A program made the translations under genes and the position numbers. A DNA stretch of 64,000 nt from Podarcis erhardii (taxonomy: Eukaryota), in assembly GCA_964252035.1 (NCBI GenBank), contig OZ176200.1; one strand, 5' to 3'. The notes under the pieces are model-generated. The model worked only from the letters and a program-made list of their open reading frames with translations, was not told where the DNA came from and made no database searches. How positions within the stretch are numbered: the stretch's first letter is position 1; each line of letters starts with the position of its first letter. Below are positions 1-13,800 of this stretch, piece after piece.

Positions 1-1673
1 GCGGGGAGGTGAAGAAATGAGATGGAGCCCTTATCACCCAAAGTCCTATGAGACTTGCAATAAGAAAGTAGGCACAGACCCTTTTGGACCCATTCCTGCC
101 TTCTCCAGCCACCAGTTGGGGAGGGCATAGAGTGCTGCCTCATTGGATGGACTGAAGCAAAATATGTAATAAAATAAATAAACCATCTCCCATTTTAAAA
201 TAGGAAGAGCTGGCTCCAAATGGAAATCTTATCCAGGAAAAGATTTGCTGTGGGGCAGAAGGGTTTACACAACTTTTTAAAATGATTGGGTTGGAGGCCA
301 GGGAGAAGCTTACTAGGAATTTTAATACAGTATATTGACTGGGAGTTGTGCAGTATATTGAAAGGTGTTCTCAGCCCTCCTATGTCATGAGCAATTAGGT
401 ACAATGAAGCCTTGAGGCACAGGAGTGCAGATTTTTGCACTTTAGATTTTCTGGACTCCAACTCCCACCATCCTTAGCTAGCACTGCCAATGGTCTGGGA
501 TGTTGGGAGTCCAGCAGCATCTCAAGGACCATAGGCCCCCCACCCCTGTCCTAGGAGATGAGTGACACCAGAGATAGCAGGGTGTGTGGGGTGGAAGATA
601 TATTTTGGTGAAGGGAAGGAAGGGGTGCTAGCTTTGGTAGCCCTGAGTGGCTTGCACGTAATCCTGGAGAGATTATGCAGGATGCTTACGGCAGGAGATT
701 ACATTTGGGTTTGGGACCTAATGAAAAGGAGTGCTGTGGTTTAGAAGTTCAGATTGGCACAGGGAATGGGCGAAGCTTATGTGGTAATGAGTTTGTTCTA
801 GCACAGGTGGAGTTGACCATTATATTTTCAACAGTGCATGTTACTGGGATAACTAACGAGACAGAACAGCCTAGTCTCTGGTTTAGATCTTCAGATTCCA
901 GTCTTTGGACCAGAGGCAAAAAGCATATCCAACAATAATAGGATTATGGATATATGCTCTGAGGTTGACGGCAAGCTAACAAGCTTTCTGGGCGTTCTTT
1001 GATTACAGGACTAGATGCTGCAGTAGTAAGTAGAGCCTCGAGTAGCTGAGCTGTACTGTGTATTTGAAAGGTTGAGCAATAAAACAGTCATAAAGACAAA
1101 GGGGAGTAAGCAGCAGCCATAGCTTTTTATGCAAAGGCTGTGGGAAAGTGGGTCCTCCTCTGGGTTTGGTGGGTGCTAGACAAATGGAGGAGTCCTGTGG
1201 ATAATGACTAGTTCTGGCATGTGTCCCCTAACAGGCTGGGGTTGTTAGTGTGGACACTACTAACTAGAAATGCTTCACAGTGAAGGGGGGTTGTTTTAGA
1301 TGGGGCGGCTTTGTTATTCTTCCTTGGGTGGCAGTGCAACGGGAGGAGATGAGATCACATCGAGGCCTCAGGTGCACTCTTATGGGCCATAGCTTTGGGG
1401 AGAGCTGGAGAAGCTCTGAAGTCGACAGTTTTCAAGCTTCGAGAAAGGTGTCAAGGAAAGGAAATGGTATGGCTCAGACCATGACAACTGAGACGAGATA
1501 GTGGATATACACAGAAGGAAGGTTCATATGCAAATGGAAGGTGGTAGCCACAAATCCATGTTCAAATACATACAACCTAAGTACATGGAAACTTAAATAT
1601 GAGTCCTTCTGAGATGCATGAATGGGTCAACATCCCAGGGAAAAATCTCTTTTAAGGAAATAACAGTATGTAC

Positions 1674-1858
1674 CTGCATATTTGGACTGGGTAGCCAAGC
1701 TCCATAGCGTCATTTGGAGCTGTTCCATCTTGAAAATCGCTGACATTAAAATAGGATAGCGTATGGTTCACGAAGCCATGCATGGTGCCACTTTCACTGT
1801 ACATATACAGGTACACGAGGCGTGGAATGAAGTCAGATGTGAATGAGATCACAAATGC
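1674..1858 (-). CDS. ANO1: ANO1 exon 24 (185 nt)
   Basis: gcttag|GCA...AG|gtacat; [61 protein letters not shown](R). Confidence 0.97.
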
Positions 1859-4800
1859 CTAAGCCATAAGAGTAAACAATGAGCGCAATATTCAGGCAAT
1901 GCTTGACTGATTTCATAACCAAACTCAACTGTCTCCTCCCCCAGTTGGGCTTATGAGCAGATGGATTGCTATAAATCAGGCTGGTTTCTGGCCATAATCC
2001 GCAGATTAATGATTTTCTTCACTCCATAGAAGTTTTGATATTCGAACTCTAGAACTGCAGCAAATTGAGAATGAGCAATTGAGGTTGGCTGAGGACATAA
2101 CATCATGTGGACAATAAAAAACAGGTCCTTCATTGTTTTCTAATTTCAATATGGTTCTGCTTTCAGTGTAAGTGCAACATTTGCAGTGTTCTGCTCTCTC
2201 TGGTTCTATATCCACATATTTATTTATTTATTTATTTATTATTATTTACTAAGGCATTAAGGGGCATGTATGTTTAAGAATCCCCTCTTGCTTTTGTTGT
2301 TGTGTGCAGCGAGCCATTTGAACCACTTTGCATTGATGTGGTCTGAAAGTAATAGCAGTTTGGGTCAGCCTAGGCAGATGCTACAAATCAAGGGCACCTA
2401 AATTTATTATAATCTTGTCAAACAATTATAATCTTGTCAAACAATAATGAATGTCCATACCATAAAGGGGATGACACACAGTAGTTGTTTAAAAAGACTC
2501 AAACGTTGAAAAATGTACCAACATTTTTGGTCCTTTATAATATTAATAAATCTTATATGATTAGATTTGCTGGTGTGAGCACAAGAGGGACCACCAGAAA
2601 ATTGGGGGGGGGGAGCATTTGGGGAACATATAGTCATTTGCTCGGGGCCCAAACGATCCTTTGCCAAAGGATTCTTATAAAGCAGGAGTGGGGAACTTGT
2701 GGTCCTCCAGATGTTCTTCGACATCTGGAGGACTAAAGCCACAGCCAGCGTAGACAATGGACGGGGACAACAAGAGCTGTAGCCAAGCAACACCTAGAGG
2801 GCCACAGGTTTCCCATTTTTGTTGCAAGGGAATATTGCTGTTTTCTCTTAGCTTTCTCCACCAGTGGCTTCCGAATCCAATGTACCGATTCCACACTCAG
2901 ACCCATTTGGAAGCTTAATAGCTGACACATATCGCATTAAGGAAAAGGACAAAGAATGTTGTGCTTAACAAGCTTGGAAGCAAAAAGTCAAGAATGAACG
3001 TGGACACACAGAGGTGAGCATCAACCGATGCAGCTTCTGACTGAGCACAACTGGGAGACAGGGCAAGAGTGGCAGAAGCGGGGAGACTTTCTTGCCTATT
3101 TCTATTCCACAGTTTCACATATTTTTCCATCACTGGATGAGCATCTTACACACATGGCTACAGGGATGGGCCACATCTGAAGGGGAAAAGGGAAGGAGGT
3201 AAGGGCCTCACATAAAGATGCAAATATGGCCGTGACTCCTTGAAGGACCACAGAGACAGAGGAAGCAGGCACCCAGAGAGAAAAGGGTGGGCAAAGCCAG
3301 CTGGAAATAGAAGTTTAGCATGGCGCTTGCTTTAGCTTCAGCTCATCTTTATGACTGCCATCCCAAATATATTCCTAACTATTTGGTGGACATCCCGCTA
3401 GTATGTTATGAAATACTTATTTGGTGAGTTCAAGGTTTTTTTTACATTGCAGTGTTTTCCTCTACTCCAAATACAACAAATGCCAGCTGAATTATGTGAG
3501 CTTCAAAAGACTCTTGGGGTGCCCTTTAAAGCGTGGCAAAGAACTGAAGACAAACCAACTCTATAAATAAACGATTACACAAAAACATCCATTTTAACAG
3601 GGCTATTAGATACATCAAGATAAAACGGACTGGCCCACTGGGCCACATGGCTTTTTCTAAACATGAAAAGTCTAATGATTGTAACTAGTTTTGTTGAGAT
3701 GTTTTAAAAGAAGTAAGACACATAATACAGAACATACAACCTAGGTCAGTTATGGTTTCAACAACTCTCCCCCCTGCCCCTTTTAACAGCTATTGCAGGA
3801 ATCAGCAAATTTTTTTAGCTGCAGGCAGGTCCACTGTCCCTCAGACCTTGTGGCGGGCCGGAGAAGCAGCACTGGGAGGGGGGGAGCTGGAAGAAGAGGC
3901 AAGGGGGGCAAGTAGTAGTCCTCCCCACCCCCACCCCTTCCCTTCCCTGGGGCTGCCACTGCCACCACCACCATCACCGCCGCTTCTTCTCATGGGTAGG
4001 CAGAGCAAGCTCGTCTGCTCCACTCTTGGCCCACAGGAGCACCAGGGCGGCGGCAGCGGTGGAGGGAAGATGAGCAGTGTGAAAGGACTGGCTCCGGAGA
4101 GGGGCTGCTTAAAATGGTGTTCAGCCAGCCCCCTTCCTCCTCTAGGCAGGGTGGGGAGAAGCCAGGAGGAGGGAGGGAGGAGGCACTGTGTGAGGGTGTG
4201 TATGGGGGGGGGGGGATATGGAATAGCGCAGAAAAAAATTGGTGCAGGCCGAATGAACAGAATCCTCATGCCGATCCACGGACAGTCCACAGGCCAGATC
4301 CTGAAGGCAATTACGCCTGATCCGGCCCACGGGCTTTAGTTTGCTGACCCCTGAGCTATTGCCTTTAAGAAGCAGGTGTTAGACATGAGATGAAAAGAGT
4401 CACTGTCGGACAACTGGTTGTTGCAGGTATCTGGAATGAGAGCTGCACTCACCTGGTAGGATAGGAATGGAAAGAAGTTTTGTCAGATTTGGTACAGGGT
4501 CTAAGAAGTTTGTGAGGGGAGGCAGTCTCAGGTAGCAGGCAGTCTTTTGGGTCACACCGCCTACCTATGTGGTTGCTTATATGCTTCTGTAAGGCCTATT
4601 CACATTTGCAATGTACAACTGTACATTTGTAAAAAGTGCAAATAGAATACTGCAACAAGACGAGCTCACTGTCTTTTGCAAAGGAAACTGAAACTCTGCC
4701 CTGTGCCTGGGAAAGGGGAATATGAGACAATATGCAGAACAATACATATCTGCTTTCTTCCATGAAAGCTAAAATAGGGTAGGGTGAGTCAGAGGAACAA

Positions 4801-7800
4801 AAACATGACATTTGTCATTGTTGAAGAGGTTGCTATAAGAATTATGAAAAAGCAGGAAAAGTGTCCTCAGAGAGGAAAACGAGATTTATTATTATTATTT
4901 TTAAACGGAGAAGACACACGTGCTCTAAATTCCACTGACTTGGAAGCCTCCAGATAGCACCCAACAGTCAAGAAGTATAAAAATTGGGCTGACATGTGCT
5001 GAAGAGCAGCTCACACTTTCTCTGTCAGCTTCCCACCTGCTCTATAGAACTTGCTTCACATGAAAAACTATCTGCCTGAGTGGGAAGACTAAACAACAGC
5101 AGTGTCAGGAAAATCGTTACCATACTTTACTGACAAATAGTCCTTTGCTAATAAAAGTTTCGAAAGTTATAAAAGCGACTTAGTTATAAAAGCGACTTAT
5201 ATTATTTGAGCTTCAAAAGAAAGCTTGTGAAATTGAGAATAAAAGTTTCTTTATTTTTGTTCCATGAAAGCTGAAATAGGGTAGGGCGAGTTAATTAAAT
5301 AAATCAGAGCAAGATATTAGACTCACAACAAAACTTTGACAGTGATTTGCCCATGGCTGTCCAGTGAGCTTAATTGCTGAGTGGGAATTTGAACCGAGGA
5401 TTCACTGCAGATTCCACACCACACTAGATGTCTATAATGTTAACATTTCCAAGTAACTGAAAAGAAATTAAGAAACGGCGTGATCAATCACTATTTGCAA
5501 AGAATTACTTACATTTATGATCACAGCAAGTTTTCCTACACCTCTGAGGATATTATACCATATTCCTGGAGGGAAAAGACAAGCAGAAGGTTAAAAGACT
5601 TTAAAATGGCTACCCATAAGAATGGATAACTATAAATAACATCACTGTACAAGTTCAAGGTGCTGGTTTTTATCTCCATAGCCTAAACAGCTAGGGGCTC
5701 AAGTACTCTAAATACTATCTTCCTCCACATGTACAGTCTCATACACTCTGCTCCATATGTGAGATCCTGCTTCAATCCCCTAATTGTTGTTCTTATTGCT
5801 ATTTAGTTTAGTGATGGAGTTGTCCATTTGTTTACACTTTGTCCATTTGTGTGTTTGTGCGCGTGTGCGTATATAGATAATTTTCCACATATAGATATAT
5901 TTCTATTATTTTATTTATTTGATCCCTGCTCTGGGATTGAAACGTTGACTAAAGTATCATCTTCACCACCAGTGTCATCATCTCATCACCTTATGCAGTT
6001 AATAGACCTGAATTTCCCTAGTAGAATAAAGGAGGCTCGAAATTTAAGATACAAAACTAAAATAAGAGTCCTGCCTCCTCCATCACAAATGGCAAAGTGA
6101 CATAAATAAGGAATAATATTAACTAGTTACTGTGCTGTTAGTGAACTGCTTACCTATATCTTTTGCTCTTACTGCAACTGGCCTTCTAAGCTCAGTAACA
6201 AACTTCTTTGCATCCAGACGTATTTCAATGATGTTGTTCAGGAGCGCAAACAAGGGAGCCAGTGGGAAAGATGCAACAAACAGGGTTACAAACCCAAACT
6301 GGATGACTGAAAATTAAAAAGAAAACACACTGTAGTTTGCATATTATGCTGTTCTAGATGGAACGTATTTTTGGAAACAGCTCCCCACAAACAACTACTG
6401 AAACCACAATACTCTCAGATGATATGCATATGAATGTAGGTAGGTGCTGACCCTGTAATGTTAACCTACAGTAGGTTGCGTGCTGGTTTATGTTTTCTAG
6501 AACTTCATGAGATAGCAACTTTCTTTGTAGGGGGATATAATACCTTTTATTTCAGCAAAAAAAACAGGATCACATATTGTATAAAAATGGACTTCAAAGT
6601 TAAAACGACTGGCAGTTTTTAGAAAACCAACAACTGGTACATGAAAACTACAAATGCTCTGGGCTAATTAGTGTAGCTTGGAATGGAAATACAGTATTTT
6701 CCGCCCTATAAGACGCACTTTTCCCCCTCAAAAAATGAAGGGGAAATGTGTGTGCGTCTTATGGGGCGAATGCAGGCTCCTTGGCTTCAGCGATAGCAAC
6801 GCGAAGCCTCCGAAGCCTGCGCTCTGGAGGCTTTGCGTTGCTTCCGCTGAAGCCAGGAGAGTCTGCTCTTTGAGGGGGGGAGCTGCGCCTCCTCCATGGC
6901 CAGCCCCAGAGGATGGGGGGCAGCGGGAAGGTGCGCAACGCCTTCCCGCCACTCTCCGACCCGGGTTGGAGGCTGGCGGGGGGGGGGAGCAGCGCTTCCC
7001 CCATCACCAGCCCCAGAGGATGGGGGGCAGCGGGAAGGCGTGCGACGCCTTCCTGCTATTCTCCAACCCTCCTGTGGGCTTTTGCGGGAGATGGGGGAAT
7101 TACCCCACCTCCCACAAAAGCAGGCAAAAGCCGCACGCTCTTTAAAGGGGCTCCGCGGCTCCTGCTGGCTTCTGCTGGCTTTTCTAGGAGGTGGGGGAAT
7201 TGGGGGCTTTTCCCCGAGGAGGGAGAAGGGACTGACTGGCCGAGTCCATCCCTTTTCCCTCCTGTGGGCTTTTGCGGGAGATGGGGGAATTCCCCCACCT
7301 CCCACAAAAGCAGGCAAAAGCCACACGCTCTTTAAAGGGGCTCCGGGGCTTCTGTTGGCTTTTCTAGGAGGTGGGGGAATTCCCCCACCTCGTAGAAAAG
7401 CCCGCAGGAGCCGCGCACCCTTTGAAGAGCGCGCAGCTCTTGGGGGCTTTTCCCCGAGGAGGGAGAATGGACTGACTGGCCGTTTCAGTCCCTTTTCCCT
7501 CCTGGCCGAAAAGCCCTTAGGAGTCGCGCACGGCTCCTGTGGGCTTTTGCGGGAGGTGGGGGAATTCCGCCACCTCCCGCAAAAGCAGGGAGGTCTTGGG
7601 AGTAGCGCACAGGCTGCATGCAGCCTGTCCGCTGCTCCCAGAGCTGCGGGGGGGGGGGGGGATCATATTTTCCCCCTTGATTTCCCCCCCTGAAAACTAG
7701 ATGCGTCCTATGGGTCGGTGCATCCAATAGGGCGAAAAATACGGTAGGTCTGCTTAATTATGGTCTGAGAATGATCTTCCAAACCAGGGATTTACTTTTT

Positions 7801-10800
7801 TAAAATCTCACATGGTGTCTATTTGCAGTGGCCTCTATCAGTCCCTTTGGTCATGGTCAAATGCTGTACCAACACCATCCAAATAACATGTTTGTTGACA
7901 TATTTATGAATTATATACAGTTAATTGAATTGGTGATCTCTTGAAAGTTTATTGAAGGCATTTTTATTGTCAGATAATTGTTCACATTTTTGCCTTTTGG
8001 TGTTAATTGTATTTGTTTTTGTTTGATGTTGTCAGCCACTTTGGGATAACTTTTGGAGAGAGAATGAGGTACAAATATAAGGAGTTCAGTGAGTGGATAA
8101 TATGGAGATGACTAGATTCACCATATTTTGCTTAGAAGCCTTCCAAAAAGCATCTGTTTGTAATCTTGAAGGCAAAGTGTTGGACTAAATGGCTCTTTGT
8201 TCTGAACATGCAGCATCCATGTTTCACATGGTTTCACCATGATCTGCTATAATCACAAATTTAAAGCACAGGATATAGTTCTGAAAGGCAATTGCCTCAA
8301 CCTCTCCTCTCCCTGCAATGCTGTTGTGCAGAAGCTGACTGGATTGAGTGGCAGGAACCCGTTGCTCAATCCAAATCATGACTCCACCAGCCCAGGGCAA
8401 AGGGTGTTTAGACTGCAGTTCAGATGTACACAATTATGCATAGTATCAGAACTTCACTATGGGTGTCACTTTGAGATATCAAGAACATGTGAGAATTTAC
8501 AATTCCAAGCAGAAGAAGGAATGATTGCTCAACTATTAGAAAGAGGCTCTCCAACATTTTTCTTACATATTCCATCTTATGCTAACAAATCATATCCAAA
8601 ATAGTTTAGAAATAAACAATCCTGCCCTTGAGACTGAGTCTATTTATTTAAAAAACACATTCACCTACTAAAACTGACCATGACCATTACTCATCTATCA
8701 CTGATTAAGGGTGTGATTCTATGCTCACTTACTCTTTGTATAGGATAGCACTGTAAGCTATTAAAAAACTGAAACCCTAGTTTAAACACTTGAAATCTCA
8801 CTCACTCATTTCCATGTATTCTGGAGTAAGACCAGCAAAAGGCTCCAGATTATAGTCTACTTCATAGCGTTGTTTTTTCTTTAAATATTCCTCGTGGTCT
8901 CCAGGACGCCGTCGTTTCGATTTCAAGTATCTTATGAATTTTTTCATTTTTCTAAGACGAAACATTAAAAACAACTCTTTTAAAAGTCTCAGTAGTTTTG
9001 TAAGAGCAAAAGGCCAAAAAAACCAAACAATTTGCTGATTATGAAATTAGTTATATGGGGACTGTGGAGGGGAACGAAAGGATCCCTCGGATGTGCACAA
9101 GACTTTCCATGAGTGCTTTCTGAGGCTTCTGTGCTTCATTTCCCAGTCTGCAGTTACAACAAGGGGTCTTCCTGAAGCTTATTTGACCTTCAGAGATGCC
9201 TTGTCTGGGAGGCACATTGGAAGAGTAGGCCTCAGAAGCCTTACTGTAAGTAGGGCTACTCCTAGGATTCAGTCTAAATATTTGCAAGGCATCTGAAAAA
9301 TTAAATGGGATGAGGTCAATACACTTTCTCACACTAGTCCCTAAGGATGGCAAAGATTGGTATTATTAATAGGCTATTTTGTAAGAACTAGGCCATCATT
9401 TCTTTCAGTACTTAGGATTATTTTCAGCTTCTGCTATTACCTGTTAACAAACAAATTTAATTTAATTTGTTTTCACTGTAAGTGGTACCTTGGGTTAAGT
9501 ACTTAATTTGTTCCGGAGGTCCGTACTTAACCTGAAACTGTTCTTAACCTGAAGCACCACTTTAGCTAATGGGGCCTCCTGTTGTCACTGCGCCGCCGGA
9601 GCACAATTTCTGTTCTCATCCTGAAGCAAAGTTCTTAACCTGAAGCACTATTTCTGGGTTAGCGGAGTCTGTAACCTGAAGCGTATGTAACCTGAAGCGT
9701 ATGTAACCCGAGGTACCACTGTAGATTCAGAATTCTTTTTTATTGTCCAAGTTCTGTTGTATACCACTCTAGGAACCATATGATTGAAAAGCGAAATAAT
9801 AAATATTGAAAATGGTATAATAAAGCAAATGCATGTTATTTTATAGTATGTAGCATAGCTCTCTTCTTGCCTTTTGGACAAACAAAAAACAACAACATAG
9901 CATTTCTACTTTCAAGTTGATATGCAAGCATTTTACAGCAGATGGTCTCAGTCCTTGGCTACTTACGGAATGCCAATTTCGAAAAGATTGTTCTGAATCA
10001 GCTGTTTCCCCAACATAATAATGCTAAGTTGTATACACAATTCCATTAGGCAACCACCAGGAGCACACTAAAGGAGAAATAGAGATACATAGATTAGGGG
10101 GATCTAGGTAACGTAACACAGGCTTATATCAAGACTTTGGTTCATTCTCCTTGTGCCTCTTAATCTCTGTTCCTGAAAGCTGGAGGACCCTCTAGAACAG
10201 TGGAAGTAGAAGTAGAAGTAGCTGCAGGGGGTGGGAGTAACATCAGTGAAAACTGCTTTCTCTCCACTTGTGTCAGTGGGATCCCTCAGCTGGATCAAAA
10301 GCCTTCTGTGGAATGATGTTGACCTTCTGTGTGCAGATGGTTAAATTTGTATCCACACCATGGTTGTTTTCTAGATCAGAAATAAGCACGCACAAAATGA
10401 ACTGCCGTTACCTCTTCCATGCGAAAAGAATGAAAAATGTAGACATAATCTCCTGGGCGTCCAACGAATCTAGGAAAATTCAGAAACAATTATTGGTTTT
10501 TTGTTCTGCCTATTTTAGAGGAACAAGCTGTCACACTCCTCCTGCAACATCTCCCATACATCCAGATAGAATCTTTGGGAGGAATTCAGTGTGATGGTAC
10601 GTCAATCGTTCCCTTGGGGCAAGAATTTCAGCATTGTTTGTCTGTTTGTTTATAGATTGTTATTCAATAATCATCATCATCCTTCTCTATCCTCCATGTG
10701 CTGTTCTGAGGAGGTCTCCTGCCCCATCCCAGAGCCACTTTTGGGTGTGTGGGGAGCATGCAGAAGCAGAAGACAGTGTCTCTGTGTGATGGTGGTGGGT

Positions 10801-13800
10801 AAGCACCATTGAACAAGTGGATATTCTTAAATGGGCTTCTACCAGTGGGACTTATTAGTTGAAACCAGTTATATAATCTGCAGTGCATGGGCTCCTAGTC
10901 CTCATTGAGTAGAGATCCTGATATAAATGGGTGAATTTATCAATTTTTGTTTCTCTCAGTTTTTCATTTTTGTAAACTTGAGTTTGGTTCTTTGCATTTC
11001 TGCATCAATTTGTGAATTTTTGTAGAGTCATGGAAATTAATCAGCATTTTGTTGCAATTTTCTGATAATATACACATTTTACAAATACAGTCAAACCTTG
11101 TTCTGCGTGCGCCTCTGCTTGCGTCCGCTTCGGCGAACAGCAAATCCGGAAGTACTGGAACGGGTTACTTCCGGGTTCGCCGCTCGCAGATAAGTGCTAA
11201 ATCGCGCGTGCACAGAAGCGCTAAATCATTGCGCTTCAGCGTGCATCATTTTTGACTTGCAGATGGGCCTCTGGAACAGATCCCGTCCACAAAATGAGGT
11301 TTGACTGTAAAATTTGCTTGAAAACAATGCATTTTTTCTGTTATTTTCAGTACTATATGCAATTCTACACACATATTATGCTAATATATGCATTTTTGTG
11401 CATATTACTAGCAGGCTCCCCTGGATCTCTGGGCCCCAGTAACCTTTCCACTCCCATGCCTGGGCCCTGACTTTATCTCAACAAATGTTCAGAGTCAGCC
11501 TAGGTAACTATTAAATATTTAATTAATTTATCCTGCTACTCACTGGTTCTTGTATAAGGTCTCAGAGTCAGCTTGAAGGAGTAGTTGCAACACTTAAAGT
11601 TAAACATTTAATTCACCTTATGCAACTTACTGGTCCTTGAAAAAGGTATTGAATTCACTGCTTGTATAACTCACCGGCCCTTGAAGAAAGCCACATAGAA
11701 AATAGGCGTGTAGGCATTGACAAATTTCAAAAGGAAGGCCTTGAAGATAAGACGTTCTTCAAAACTCTTGTCTGTTTTTGGAACCTCTGTGTAAAGAAGA
11801 TTAATGTAAGAGTGCTTGAAAAAAGCATTCAAATACCTAAATTTTAGAGCCTGTTAAGATTTAAGATTTTGGAAGACTTCTCTTGATCTGTTTAGCTGTT
11901 GTTGTTTTTTAAACAAGAAAGGGTACAACCCAGTGGTCCTTTCTGTATGGTGATGGTGGAACTAGAAAACTTCCAGCTTCCAGCAACCCTCTCCATGTCT
12001 GGAGCTGCATGCATTGTCATGCCTAGGTATGGACTACATTCATTGGAAACATCAGCCTGGTCTGATCACAAGAAATGTAACTCAGGGAAAATTCTGTGTT
12101 TGATGAAACCCTAAGAAGTTCATGCTCAGCAATAGCTGGACACCTCATTTTTCCAATTCTTGATTTATTGTCCCTATGAAGAAAGCAATGACTGTAAATG
12201 AAGATGAATTATGTTACTCAGCTTCTGAAAATGGTTTGGTTCTCCATAGCAAGTGAAGAGGCTCTTGATTAATCTAAGTCCATTTCCCCCATTTTATAAT
12301 CAAACCAATGTTAGTTGCTGAAAGAAGTTCATGTAATAATACCAAGTGATTATTTTATATATATCATTGGCTAGACATGCTTTGTTCTTGGCTGTGTGGC
12401 CAAAGTGAAATAATTGTGCTCTTTTAAGACAGGTCATTTAAAGAAACTGTAGCTTTAAGTCAAAATAACTTTTAAGATTTATACCTACCAATCTGGGTCA
12501 GCCATCTGGCTATGCAGCCATATACTTCATCCAAGATTATTATCACCACCAAATTAATAATCACTGCAGTTGCTGTGACAGTTACTCTAACATTAGACCG
12601 GCCACCGGGAGTGGAGCTGATAGCTAAAGCTGCTGCAGTAGAGATTCTGTATATTATGACTCCAAAAACAATGGCAAATGTCAGTCCAATCTGGAAAGAC
12701 AAAAGTAGTATGTCTTAAGAATATGCAGATGTCAGTAAAAATGTCTAGATGTCAGTAATTGTTAAAAGGGTGCCCAGATCTGGATTGAAAGGAAATGTTT
12801 AACAGTGAAACGTACTAGAGGAATAGTTCTGTTCTAGGGCCCAATTCATGCATCATATTTGTCCTTTGTGTGTCTATGCAGTAGCATTTTTTCAAGTTGC
12901 CACCACTGCAAAAATTGCAGTAGCAATATTCAGCTCGCATGTAAAGGAACCAGCTCACATAGGTGTGCGTATATAGAAGCACTGCCTTGCTGCAACCCTA
13001 GTTGTGGGCCATGCTTTGTCAGTGGTGCAGGTAGTGAACCAGTCCATGGTTTTAAAGAAAATTGCTGCTCCTAACTGAGATTATTGAGGCCATTTCTGAA
13101 TGCTACTGTATCACTTTTCTCAGAAGGTGGTGTAATTCAATCAACAGTGAACCTAAAGGCCATGTAAGCTACAGAGGAATTCTGAACTGCCAAGGAAATA
13201 ACTAAATCATGGCTGAGAAGCATGTCCACAGTTACACTACATGATAAACTGTGGAATAGAAAGAACAGCAAGCATATACAACTCCACTGAATGTGACCAA
13301 TAATTAGCTGAAAGGCTTTAGTCTATGTGTGCGTGTGTGGCATTTGTTTCAATCCCCTTCAAATGTTTATTTGTAAAAAATAGTGCAGTTCAGGTAGCAT
13401 ATGGCTGGCCATTGCAAGTACAGAATGCTGGACCACAGAGGTCTTTCCTGCAGAACTCTTCTTATGCTCTCATAATGGGGATGATACAGTAGTCATGACT
13501 ATCAACTATAAAATCACAGTATATGAACTGAAAAAAAAACTGATTAATGAAAGTGGACCCCAAAAAATCGACTTGAGAGAAGTCAGCGAGAAGCTTGGTC
13601 CTCCAATGTTACAGAAGCTTTGCTCACCCTTTGAAAAATCTTGCATTACACTTAACCATAAACATTTACTAGGTAATACTTACCATGAAAATGATGCTCA
13701 CAAAATTTGTGAAGTATGCTGGAAAACGATCTTTCCACGTCAGTTTTTCTTTTTCAGTCTATGGCATGAAAGAAAACAAAATGACCCTGCAATGTAATAT

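Noticed and set aside
1-1673. ANO1 exons 25-26
   Set aside because: No YKDYREPPW or ARLAFVIVFQ coding sequence was found; these exons must lie beyond the left edge.
3752-4339. ORFs of 195 and 149 aa
   Set aside because: They coincide with the 558-bp hAT element; low-complexity and not homologous to a transposase.
7078-7586. CRISPR-like appearance (palindromic repeats with intervening sequence)
   Set aside because: Vertebrate intron, no cas genes, irregular spacing, spacers that are themselves repeated, and the array is enclosed by transposon TIRs.
6678-7727. Stack of long overlapping ORFs (up to 265 aa) on both strands
   Set aside because: All lie within the GC-rich palindromic MITE; they are low-complexity G/P/A/R products with no transposase or other domain, and reflect stop-codon scarcity.
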